Source of the DNA: a virus
Length of the DNA stretch: 64,000 nt
Virus record (IMG/VR): IMGVR_UViG_3300033058_000221
Coordinates: 1 to 64,000 of that record
Direction: 5' to 3' (one strand)
Part shown: piece by piece, positions 33,963-42,842 of the stretch
How positions within the stretch are numbered: position 1 is the stretch's first letter
Layout: each line of letters opens with the position of its first letter
Made by a program: the position numbers and the translations under genes
The notes under the pieces: generated by a model
Told to the model about the DNA's origin: nothing
The model's database searches: none
Seen by the model: the letters and a program-made list of their open reading frames with translations, nothing else

Positions 33963-34028
33963 GAAACCTCGCCATTTGGCGAAGGGGTAAGATGCGTCGA
34001 TTCGCTATATTTGAGAGGTGTTAGTTAA

Positions 34029-35036
34029 ATGGATATTCTCGTTTTGGACGTCGGTTGCACGCATATGAAAGCTGTTGTTGTTCGCGCACAGACAGTTATT
34101 GAAAAAATCAAAGTGAATACTCCTCAATTAGCAGAGGGTATTGTCCGTACTGCCAAGTCGTTTGTAGATCGCGTGTTTTCGCAAGGCTACGAACTGCAAG
34201 GGGTTATCCCAATTTCTTTCAGTGAGTCTATCATATCCGAAACGGATGACGGTCGCCTGCGTTTGTGGGGACCTACGTATTGGGATGACGATCTATCAGT
34301 TAGCATCATCGGTGGTGACTATGAAAAATCAGGATACCCCGATGTGTTTCCGGGTGTTTACAAATACTTGAGTTACATAGATTTTTTGAGTGAAAAGCAA
34401 GATGCACATTTCAAGCGGGTGCTTCCTGTCTCTACGATGATTGCTGCGCAACTTGTTGGGAATAGGGGTTGGAATATGTGGGATTGTACCCACGCGTCGA
34501 ATACCGGTTTGTATGGTGATGGTCAATGGTTGTCGGAGGCTTCTGAAAAGTATAGTCGATGGTTCGACACCAAACGGACAGTGACTTCATACACAGAGGT
34601 TGGAAGAATCCTACCGAATATCCCTGTTTTCGCGGGTGGGCATGACACACTCCTTGCCATGTTTCCAAAACATTATGCGTATATCAGTTGTGGCACATAT
34701 ATCATCGCGTCCCAGCCGACACAATGGATGCAAGAAGTCAAAGAAGACTATCCTGCGAAAGTGCGTTACTTGCAATCCCCGACTTATCAGTATCAACGCC
34801 AGCTGTGCATGAAAAGCAAAGGGCGTATTGATCATGATCAGATTAACGAGATTCGGCAGTTCATGACGACAGATGATGTTGTTGTGATGGGAAATTGGGC
34901 ATCCGAGATGGCTGAAGTCTTGGTAGACTATAGTTTTAATCCTGTCGTTAAAACAGACGAACAATTTATCGGGGCAGCTGCAGCTGCTCAGCAAGGTGTT
35001 TATGATAGACAAAATATTGGTTCTTTCGCTGCGTAG
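34029..35036 (+). CDS. FGGY-like (ASKHA-fold) carbohydrate kinase, short form
   Basis: ILVLDVGCTHMKAVVV (phosphate-1), WDCTHASNTGLYGDGQW (FGGY signature-like), VFAGGHDTLLAMF and ISCGTYII. Confidence 0.55.
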   Translation: MDILVLDVGCTHMKAVVVRAQTVIEKIKVNTPQLAEGIVRTAKSFVDRVFSQGYELQGVIPISFSESIISETDDGRLRLWGPTYWDDDLSVSIIGGDYEKSGYPDVFPGVYKYLSYIDFLSEKQDAHFKRVLPVSTMIAAQLVGNRGWNMWDCTHASNTGLYGDGQWLSEASEKYSRWFDTKRTVTSYTEVGRILPNIPVFAGGHDTLLAMFPKHYAYISCGTYIIASQPTQWMQEVKEDYPAKVRYLQSPTYQYQRQLCMKSKGRIDHDQINEIRQFMTTDDVVVMGNWASEMAEVLVDYSFNPVVKTDEQFIGAAAAAQQGVYDRQNIGSFAA

Positions 35037-35853
35037 GTGTTCCGAGCGTCATTATACGTGGTTGGGCGCGAGCAAGATGCGAAACATCCCTATTGAATGC
35101 GTTGAATTTGTTGAGGGGCATGATGGCAGTCTTTATGAGAGTATGGAGGACGTTGCGGACTTCGCGAAAGCTGACGGTTTTGATTTTGTAGAAGAATATG
35201 CGGTCGGCACGACCACCGAATACGTCCAACAGACAACAGCCTCTGTCTCACAAATATGGAATTTCGCGCGGATTTTTCGGCATATTGCAAACGGTGAAAA
35301 GGTGTGTATGGTATTGGCAGATGATAAGATGATCACTGTCTCCTTCAACATAATTTCGCTGATTGTTCAGGAGCTTCGTATCCAAGACGCTGAATTCTTG
35401 GCGTTTCAATTGCTGCAGCGCGGTGATATAAACGAGTTAGATTGTGAAGATAAAGGCAAATACGATATAGCAGAGTATAGTGGGCATGTCTTCGATGCTA
35501 TCTTCAAAAAGGAAATTCCGAGTTATGCCGATTTTTTTCTGAAACTTGGGTTATGCGGGTATGACGAATCGTTTGTTTTGTCACCAGAGGGTGCGAGTTG
35601 GATTCTCGATTGTCTGAACACCGCGGACGATTTCTATATTTTCTTTGACCACTTCATTCATAACAGGCTCACCAAAGATACGGTAGTCGCTATTGAGAAT
35701 GGGAAAGGCGTTTATTGTCCGAAAGAATATGGTTATACCTTTGTGGAAACAATTATGCCGATGAAAACGACTACCCATTGGGCTCCGGAAGGCACACATC
35801 ATTATGAGGAGTCTATTAAAACAACAGATGTCCCTTGGGGGGATATACCATGA
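35002..35853 (+). CDS. glycosyltransferase family 25-like protein
   Basis: N-terminal MIDKILVLSLRRCSERHYTW...VEFVEGHDG matches the GT25 (LgtB/Lic2B-type) I.VI(S/N)L..s..RR opening. Start taken at ATG 35002. Confidence 0.6.
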   Translation: MIDKILVLSLRRCSERHYTWLGASKMRNIPIECVEFVEGHDGSLYESMEDVADFAKADGFDFVEEYAVGTTTEYVQQTTASVSQIWNFARIFRHIANGEKVCMVLADDKMITVSFNIISLIVQELRIQDAEFLAFQLLQRGDINELDCEDKGKYDIAEYSGHVFDAIFKKEIPSYADFFLKLGLCGYDESFVLSPEGASWILDCLNTADDFYIFFDHFIHNRLTKDTVVAIENGKGVYCPKEYGYTFVETIMPMKTTTHWAPEGTHHYEESIKTTDVPWGDIP

Positions 35854-36317
35854 AAATTATTGGTTTTGTTTCGGGGTGCTTCGACTGGATGTCGCCCGGA
35901 CACATTAGGCTTTTCAAAGAAGCAAAGCGACACTGTAATAAGCTTCACATATTGATGGCAGATGATGTCACAGTTGGATACTATAAAGGCGTTGGACGAC
36001 CGTTGTTAACTTATGAGGAAAGATGTGAGATTTTAGAGGGTTGTATATATATTGACGAAATCCACAAGCTTCATAAAACACAGGATCTCTCAAACCAGTT
36101 TGAACTCATTAAAAAAATTAATCCGCATATCTATTTTGAGGGTGCAGACGCAACGGACAAAGAGATAGGGGAATACCTTGATAGGTTGGGAGTTTTGCGT
36201 AAAATGCTGAATACATCACAGTTGCACATTTCAGATATTCTCCGTCGCTATGATGCAGCGCGTTATGATGCATCGATCACTGACCATGCAATGCTTGCAG
36301 AAGATGCGGGGTTATAA
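35850..36317 (+). CDS. cytidylyltransferase-family nucleotidyltransferase (TagD / RfaE domain II-like)
   Basis: KIIGFVSGCFDWMSPGHIRLFKEAK matches the G-x-F-D-x-x-(H)-x-G-H signature, with Ser replacing the first His. The C-terminal TSQLHISDIL is similar to the RTxGISTT block. ATGA overlap with the upstream GT. Confidence 0.65.
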   Translation: MKIIGFVSGCFDWMSPGHIRLFKEAKRHCNKLHILMADDVTVGYYKGVGRPLLTYEERCEILEGCIYIDEIHKLHKTQDLSNQFELIKKINPHIYFEGADATDKEIGEYLDRLGVLRKMLNTSQLHISDILRRYDAARYDASITDHAMLAEDAGL

Positions 36318-36322
36318 TATAA

Positions 36323-36970
36323 ATGCAAGGAAAATGTTTACAATTTGGGTTATGTACAACCGCGGAATACATATATCTGCTTGAACCGAATTGGCGGGAA
36401 ACAGAGAAGATCGTATTACCAGTAAACAAAGTACCGCCCGAATTGCATTACATAGACAATTGGGTGTACTATGGCATAGACCACGATATTGGTACAATTT
36501 TTGGGATGGCTGAAAGATTTTCACACCACACCCATCCACATGCTCATTGGATTGCAGCAAATATGGTTGGAAAGGACCCTGGTGTTGCGCTTGTGCCATC
36601 GAGTCTCAGTCTCTACAATGAAATTATTAGGGGTATTGGACACACACTTGCGAAAAATAGTGTTGTGTTTCTACCGCAAGTTACCCTCGATTTTTTGTTG
36701 TCAAAATTATCGCTTACTGAAGTTCATATCCTTAAGATGGACATTGAAGGTGCAGAGGTCGATGTCTTTACACATTACAGTTGGCGAATAAAGCCGAAGT
36801 TCGTCGCAGTAGAGTTTCATGACATTTACCAGCCTATGGAACAAGAAGATTTTGAGCAACTGTTTTACAGGCAGGGTTACATTAAAATCTTTGAAGATTT
36901 TAATATTGTGGACAATAAACTGCATACAACCGAACTGCATTTTTGGTTAAACGGAGCTGAACATGATTGA
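36323..36970 (+). CDS. FkbM-family methyltransferase-like protein
   Basis: VHILKMDIEGAEVDVF matches the FkbM (Methyltransf_21) hallmark iDllKiDvEGaE. The N-terminal SAM-binding loop is diverged. Confidence 0.55.
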   Translation: MQGKCLQFGLCTTAEYIYLLEPNWRETEKIVLPVNKVPPELHYIDNWVYYGIDHDIGTIFGMAERFSHHTHPHAHWIAANMVGKDPGVALVPSSLSLYNEIIRGIGHTLAKNSVVFLPQVTLDFLLSKLSLTEVHILKMDIEGAEVDVFTHYSWRIKPKFVAVEFHDIYQPMEQEDFEQLFYRQGYIKIFEDFNIVDNKLHTTELHFWLNGAEHD

Positions 36971-37763
36971 TAAAGTCTATATTCTGAACATAGAGAGCGA
37001 ACAGGAAAGACGGGAAAATGCGATGGAACACTTGTCAGATATAGGTGTTCCTGTATCTAAAATTGAGATATGGGATGCCAAGACCTGTGCGCCGTATGCC
37101 AAGACTGCCGACCTTTGTGCTGCTGCGGGCGAAACGCTTCCGATTTTTCGGAATCTGCTTGCGTCTGGCAACTACAAGGAATGCTATATTACGTATCTCG
37201 CACAGGCGTGGAGTTATCTCTCGTTTTGGCAGCACTTACAACGTACTGGCGAAACAGCGATACTCATGCATGATGACGTGGATTTTCTCTGTAGTTTTGA
37301 GAACGTTTTAAAAGCCTGCGATAAACTGCCAAAAGATGTCTTTTTCGCTTTTCTCTCGTTTGCGCGGGAGGCACCGATAGACGTTTCCCAAATTGTGAGT
37401 TATGATGAGCCATGGATACGCTATGTTGATGACCGATTCCAGTGGGACGCTGTGATGTTGTTCACATCTTCTGGTAGTGATCTATTACTTTCCGAATTTA
37501 ATAAGTTGGATTGGCTCGGTGACGGCTGGTTCATGAACGGTATCTGGCGTAACGAATTTTTTGATGGTTGTGGTGGGATTTACGAGTTAGCTGTTAATCC
37601 TAACAAACTTACCCAAACGCGAGAGGCTTTAACGTCGATGGTGACAACGCCACCGCGCTATGAAACAGAATTCAGTTCTGTTACCAACAACGATTTAGCC
37701 TTTCCGACCGTCATCCGTGATTCAGACTCACGGTTACTGCGATCCAAAGAATCAACAAATTAG
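36963..37763 (+). CDS. glycosyltransferase family 25-like protein (second copy)
   Basis: MIDKVYILNIESEQERRENAMEHLSDIGVPVSKIEIWDA, the same GT25-type opening as 35002..35853. Confidence 0.6.
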   Translation: MIDKVYILNIESEQERRENAMEHLSDIGVPVSKIEIWDAKTCAPYAKTADLCAAAGETLPIFRNLLASGNYKECYITYLAQAWSYLSFWQHLQRTGETAILMHDDVDFLCSFENVLKACDKLPKDVFFAFLSFAREAPIDVSQIVSYDEPWIRYVDDRFQWDAVMLFTSSGSDLLLSEFNKLDWLGDGWFMNGIWRNEFFDGCGGIYELAVNPNKLTQTREALTSMVTTPPRYETEFSSVTNNDLAFPTVIRDSDSRLLRSKESTN

Positions 37764-37771
37764 GGGATAAA

Positions 37772-39865
37772 ATGCGATTTGTAGAATACTTGCCTATTAT
37801 TTCAGAGCAGCTTCCGGTCTGTTTGGATGGTACGGATGTCTCTGTCTCTTATTATCTGTTCAATAAAGGGGCATCAGCCGAGAACCCCAACGGCGATAAC
37901 TTCCCGATTCTCCACTACGCACATGAGGTTGCCTATGCTTACCGGCAACTTATAAACTGCACCAATATACTTGACTGCGGACGGGTGCGATTTTTCATGG
38001 CGGAGCAGGCACAAGAACAGATGATGCCCTACTTTAAGGAGATCGGTCTATCTTCGCTTGTTGTGCCTATTGAAGTGCCGGTGGGTGTGCAGTTATCGGG
38101 TTATATTCCGCATCTATCGAGTGAGCACTTGGACCCTTGTAAATATCGTTTCCATAACGACACTGATTTGTGGTGGTTGTTGCCAGAAGGTGCTGAAAAG
38201 TTTGATTGGCGAAACTTCTGTAATCTTTTAGATACGGCGAATGACGATGCTTTTTTTGGTCAACCGATAGAGAAGCCGGAATGGGTGTACCAAGTGAATT
38301 TTTCGCAACACGCATTACCGCACAACGCAAGGGAAAAGGCTGCGGAGACATTGCGCAAGATTTTCGGACCCCGTATCCCTTTGGAATTTATTGCTATGGC
38401 AACAGCAGATGCCGAGGCACTACGTGAACAGAAACGTCCGTCAAGTTTACGGTGTTTCGGTGGCTGGTTCGTTGGTATAAAGTCTCAGTCGAATGCCGAA
38501 TGGTATCTCCAAGACTTCTATGAGAAGCATAAAGAAGTCTTGAGTGATGACGAGGGTTTGTATGCGTTGCTGTTTCATCTGTTCCCTTTCCTTGAGCAGT
38601 TCCAAGTCTTACAGGGTAGCCATCCCCCGATCGAAAATCAGGTAGAACAGACATCGTTGCTAAACTTTACAAGCCTTGAAAATGCGGGTGTTATCAATGT
38701 CGGTGTCCAAGAATTCTATACCGATCAATATCGAAACGAGCGGATAGGGCTTTCGGAATTTATACTCGGTGAACCCCATGCGTTTGAAAACGTTGTAGCC
38801 GAATCCGAGCAGATCACGACGGAAGGCGCTGATTTAACGATACCGGCACATCATTTGCGTATGTTTGGCAAGCACATCATTGGGACTTATGCGTTGGACG
38901 CGAACGGGTGTGTATTCCCTTTAATAACGCATTCAGAGAACAATCACTCGGTACTCTTTGGGTTTCCGTCAGCATTTATGCCGATCAAATATCCGATTCC
39001 GTATTCTCTAACGGATACCCCTGAAGTCGTTGTTTTTTTCTGTATCTTCAGTCACCCGATGAACGCGACGCACGAGGTGCATGCGTATGCGAAATCTATG
39101 ACCTATGCGGCCAAGATGCTCGCAAAGAACACAAACATTTTTGATGTCGGCAGGGTGCTGATTTTCGTTGATGAGCGGGTAATGAACACTGTCTATCCGT
39201 ATTGCCGAGAAGCAAATCTCCAAAAATTAGTTGTACCTTTCAAATCTAACAAACAGGTGCAATACGCTGCTTATATTCCTCATTTCTACCACGAAGCGAT
39301 GGGTGATATTCCCATACGCATGTATATGGACGTAGATATGTGGTGGATCAATCTCGCCAACGATGAAAAGTTTGACTACCGGCATTTGGCAAAAGCGTTT
39401 CGTGAATGTGAGGCAGATGTGTTTGGTAATTCTGTGCCGAAAAGACCCGATTGGACGTATCAAGATTTGTATAGCCGTTCTATCTATGAGGGCGACACGC
39501 ATGTTGAGCGTGCCAAGCGATGGATGGTGGAAAACTTTGGGGCAGAAGTGCCAGATACGACGAGAAGTATTACGGGTTGCCACAACGGTATCCGGTTAGG
39601 ATTGTCGTTAGAAAAGTTAGAACGCTTCTACGAAGAGGTCGGCGAATTCATTAGGGACGACGAAGCGTTTTGGACGGTTTTTTTCGCGCGGCATCCCGAA
39701 ATTCAGATCAAGCAGATAACCGATTTGATTCGGGGCGTAAGTTTCAGAAATCAAGAAGTTAAGCTCCACGATAAAGCCGAATTATCGCACGTGGGGACTT
39801 ATATGTTTGAACATTTTTTTGGCAAACCGAATGCTAAGAAGTTTTATGAGCATTGTTCTGAATAA
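37772..39865 (+). CDS. 697-aa protein made of two homologous halves, each with a DxD-containing transferase-like core
   Basis: Half 1 (aa approx 20-200) and half 2 (aa approx 417-590) share HEV.(Y)A...NI.D.GRV..F..E.....PY..E..L..LVVP, YIPH, D(T/V)D(L/M)WW, EKFD(W/Y)R and FG...P.KP(E/D)W.YQ. Confidence 0.55.
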   Translation: MRFVEYLPIISEQLPVCLDGTDVSVSYYLFNKGASAENPNGDNFPILHYAHEVAYAYRQLINCTNILDCGRVRFFMAEQAQEQMMPYFKEIGLSSLVVPIEVPVGVQLSGYIPHLSSEHLDPCKYRFHNDTDLWWLLPEGAEKFDWRNFCNLLDTANDDAFFGQPIEKPEWVYQVNFSQHALPHNAREKAAETLRKIFGPRIPLEFIAMATADAEALREQKRPSSLRCFGGWFVGIKSQSNAEWYLQDFYEKHKEVLSDDEGLYALLFHLFPFLEQFQVLQGSHPPIENQVEQTSLLNFTSLENAGVINVGVQEFYTDQYRNERIGLSEFILGEPHAFENVVAESEQITTEGADLTIPAHHLRMFGKHIIGTYALDANGCVFPLITHSENNHSVLFGFPSAFMPIKYPIPYSLTDTPEVVVFFCIFSHPMNATHEVHAYAKSMTYAAKMLAKNTNIFDVGRVLIFVDERVMNTVYPYCREANLQKLVVPFKSNKQVQYAAYIPHFYHEAMGDIPIRMYMDVDMWWINLANDEKFDYRHLAKAFRECEADVFGNSVPKRPDWTYQDLYSRSIYEGDTHVERAKRWMVENFGAEVPDTTRSITGCHNGIRLGLSLEKLERFYEEVGEFIRDDEAFWTVFFARHPEIQIKQITDLIRGVSFRNQEVKLHDKAELSHVGTYMFEHFFGKPNAKKFYEHCSE

Positions 39866-39875
39866 GGAGTTTTAC

Positions 39876-40040
39876 ATGTCATCTTTTAAAACGACGTTGA
39901 ATCGCAAGAAGAAAGTTAAAAAACGAAAGATTTTCATAGGGTTATCAGTAGCTGTCGCCGCTGCGATGATCGGCATGCCGGACGACTCTTTTGACTTTCA
40001 TTTCACGATCTATGGTCGCCGTAGTGGCAGTGGCAGTTAA
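39876..40040 (+). CDS. small basic single-TM protein, 54 aa
   Basis: AAGGAG RBS 6 nt before ATG 39876. Sequence MSSFKTTLNRKKKVKKRKIFIGLSVAVAAAMIG... Confidence 0.4.
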   Translation: MSSFKTTLNRKKKVKKRKIFIGLSVAVAAAMIGMPDDSFDFHFTIYGRRSGSGS

Positions 40041-40082
40041 ACCGAAACGTCCCACACAGGGACACAAAACAAGGAAAAACAA

Positions 40083-41063
40083 ATGAAACGAAAACTATTT
40101 TTGATACTCATAGCACTGTGTGTTTATCTTGCTGGTTGTGGTGATGAGGGTGTGATCCTTGACGGGCTTGTGGCTCCGACCGCACCTTCCGTAGAAGGCG
40201 TTGTTGGACCCGTGCCTGAAGAAGTTAAAAAGATGCTTTGGGGTCGGGGTTCCGATACGATGATAGCAGACTTCAAAGAGGATATAATAGAGGCTGACGC
40301 AAACGGTCGTAATATAGATATAGCAGGTGATATTCACAGTATTTGTTTCAGGCGTGATCAGGAAGCGTATTATGGGAAGTACATCTCTGCTGATGGCGTT
40401 GTGATCATGGGGCACCGGCATGTCTCTGACCGTCACTTTTATGCAGCACGCGACATCGTTTTGGGTATGACACAAAAGCATCCTGAACTTAGAGCGTTGC
40501 TTACACCGAGTCGTGAAAACCGACCTGGCGCGACGCAGCTCGACGGACAACATGATGTTACGAAACAACCTACACCGAGTCGTCTGTTCCGTTATGTTCT
40601 TGTGCATAACGATATGTCTTACGCATCGATACCTGAGTTACAGTATGTTGGCCCTGAGGTTCAGTTTAATGTTGCCCCGGGATTAGGCAGCTTTTGGCCC
40701 AGTTTCGCTTGGGGGTATGTCGGTGGCTATGAACATTCAAAAACAATATTGATATATTCGGTGTTTGCACACGAGTTTGCTCACATGATCCATCTTGCAA
40801 TTAATATCTTAGACCCGACGTTCGATGATCAGCTTAGAGCCGCGTACAAAGTTGCGAGAGAAAATCAGGCGATTACCACCACCTCGCGTGGTTGGCATGA
40901 GTACTGGGCAGAAAATGTTGAAAAATGGTTTAGGAAGACAGCGGATCCAAAACAAAAATGGTATCACGATATGGTTCTTGAGCAGGACCCGTTGCTATAT
41001 GCGTTGATGTCAGAATGGTTTGATTTGATATACCTTGCTGATGTTGAAACGAAAGACTATTAA
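40083..41063 (+). CDS. lipoprotein zinc metallopeptidase (HExxH)
   Basis: Signal plus lipobox MKRKLFLILIALCVYLAG-C. Zincin motif SVFAHEFAHMIH. 326 aa. Confidence 0.6.
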   Translation: MKRKLFLILIALCVYLAGCGDEGVILDGLVAPTAPSVEGVVGPVPEEVKKMLWGRGSDTMIADFKEDIIEADANGRNIDIAGDIHSICFRRDQEAYYGKYISADGVVIMGHRHVSDRHFYAARDIVLGMTQKHPELRALLTPSRENRPGATQLDGQHDVTKQPTPSRLFRYVLVHNDMSYASIPELQYVGPEVQFNVAPGLGSFWPSFAWGYVGGYEHSKTILIYSVFAHEFAHMIHLAINILDPTFDDQLRAAYKVARENQAITTTSRGWHEYWAENVEKWFRKTADPKQKWYHDMVLEQDPLLYALMSEWFDLIYLADVETKDY

Positions 41064-41074
41064 GAGGATTAATC

Positions 41075-41482
41075 ATGGCAGCTGAAATTTGTACAGATAG
41101 TTTTTTAATCAATATGTTGGGCAACTTGCAATGCACGTTCAGTATTGAAAACCGAACGACTGTACAAGCTGTCTATGGCACAAACACATTCTCGAAAACC
41201 TTTTTATATACGCCCGGCACATTTGTGGATACAGAACATGCGAACTACGGCTTTTTTGTTCGTTACGATCCTGCGCCGGGCGATACCGATTTCCCAGCAG
41301 GTGTGACGATTACAGGTAGTTTTGTTGATGAGGAAGGGAATCCCGCTACACCGGACCTATCAGGTAACTTGACAGAGGCGAGAAAGGCGACATTCAGGTT
41401 CACGATAACGATGGATAGAGACACATATCCTGGTGGTGAGTTCAGTGTTACTGTGACACTTGGCTTTAATCCAGGTGCCTAA
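41075..41482 (+). CDS. paralogue 1 of a small Cys-motif protein family, 135 aa
   Basis: N-terminal EICTDSFLIN....LQCTF and C-terminal VTVTLGFNPGA. See the family finding. Confidence 0.55.
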   Translation: MAAEICTDSFLINMLGNLQCTFSIENRTTVQAVYGTNTFSKTFLYTPGTFVDTEHANYGFFVRYDPAPGDTDFPAGVTITGSFVDEEGNPATPDLSGNLTEARKATFRFTITMDRDTYPGGEFSVTVTLGFNPGA

Positions 41483-41494
41483 GGAGAAACAGCT

Positions 41495-41989
41495 ATGGAA
41501 CGTGGAGTTTTTGACTTTTTTTCGTCCGACCCTGACACAATTAATAAGCACTTACAATCTGGCAAAGCCGTGTGTATGTTGCTGAACAAAGATTTACCGG
41601 GCCCATCTATCGTTCAAGGTATAAGCTATGGGTACGTGCTTGTTGTTGAATATAACGGGGAAGAGCGTCTTGCCGTCGCGCACGGGTGCTATAAGAAACC
41701 TATTAAGCGGTTTGATTTGCCTGATCCAGAAGTGTTGCGGAAATGCAAAAAGGTGCAATCGCTGACGGAAGGTATCTATCCGAAAAAGATTTTCAAAAAG
41801 CATCTTGAAGACCCACTAAGTATTCTGCTGCATACCTCACTAACAGACGAGCAGTTAGAGATGTTCAAGCGTAATTATGAAGTTTTTGGAATCGAACATG
41901 AAGATGAGATGCATAATGCAATTGCATGTGTATATTTTAATCCAAATTATGAAACAGAGGGCAAGGTTATTGCCCAGTGGTATGAATAA
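41495..41989 (+). CDS. hypothetical protein, 164 aa (interrupts the paralogue array)
   Basis: AAGGAG RBS. No family recognised. Confidence 0.5.
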   Translation: MERGVFDFFSSDPDTINKHLQSGKAVCMLLNKDLPGPSIVQGISYGYVLVVEYNGEERLAVAHGCYKKPIKRFDLPDPEVLRKCKKVQSLTEGIYPKKIFKKHLEDPLSILLHTSLTDEQLEMFKRNYEVFGIEHEDEMHNAIACVYFNPNYETEGKVIAQWYE

Positions 41990-42000
41990 GGAGCAGAAAA

Positions 42001-42438
42001 ATGCCTGTTACCAACCTTGACGATTTTGAATGCAGTGATTCGTTTATAATCAATTTTACCGGGGTAACCGAATGTACATTTGTACCAAAAGTATTTGATG
42101 ACCCCGGCGACAGTAGGGATCCAAATGTGGCTGTCAAAGCAGTTGCAGGTAGAACAACCTTCGCTAAACATTTCATTTTTACCCGAGGCTCAAATACAGC
42201 AGGTGTTTTTGATGAACATGTCGCGTGGTCGGCAACGGCTCAGGATGAGACAGTGTCCAATACGGTGAACACACCACCAACGGGTGTAACGTTCAATGGT
42301 GCCTTCAATGTAGCACCCGACTTTTCTGTGCCAGCACTGACTGTGCAGCCAGTTGTATATTCTGGTAATATTAATGTCACCAATTTTGAAGGTAAGCGGT
42401 TTACTGCCACTGTTACGGTAGGTTTTGATCCGCCATAA
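42001..42438 (+). CDS. paralogue 2, 145 aa
   Basis: FECSDSFIINFTGVTECTF ... TATVTVGFDPP. Confidence 0.55.
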   Translation: MPVTNLDDFECSDSFIINFTGVTECTFVPKVFDDPGDSRDPNVAVKAVAGRTTFAKHFIFTRGSNTAGVFDEHVAWSATAQDETVSNTVNTPPTGVTFNGAFNVAPDFSVPALTVQPVVYSGNINVTNFEGKRFTATVTVGFDPP

Positions 42439-42443
42439 AGAGA

Positions 42444-42842
42444 ATGGCTTTTCCTTTTGAATGCTCAATGTCCTTTATGATTAGCTATACTGCTGCGACG
42501 ACGTGTACAATCACGCTCGATGATGGGAGTGATATTACTGTTCGCGCGTCGCAGAATAGCATATCATTTGTGAAATTGTTTATGTACACGCTTGGACCCG
42601 AGCCGGACAGAGATTCTGAGAATTACGGGTTCGATCTTGAGATTACGGGTGATGGGGCGCGCGTTGTTGATACGCGATTCTTTTTTCAACCAACAACACC
42701 GCGCTTCGATCCAAACATACCAGAGCCGAAGAACGGACAGGTCACAATAACGATGACGATTGACAAGGCACTCGCTCGCAGTTTGGGGTTCACAGGGACG
42801 GTTACGGCGACTGTGGAAGTAAAAATGAACACAGGTACATAG
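42444..42842 (+). CDS. paralogue 3, 132 aa
   Basis: FECSMSFMISYTAATTCTI ... ENYGFDLEI (compare ANYGFFVRY in paralogue 1) ... GTVTATVEVKMNTGT. Confidence 0.55.
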   Translation: MAFPFECSMSFMISYTAATTCTITLDDGSDITVRASQNSISFVKLFMYTLGPEPDRDSENYGFDLEITGDGARVVDTRFFFQPTTPRFDPNIPEPKNGQVTITMTIDKALARSLGFTGTVTATVEVKMNTGT

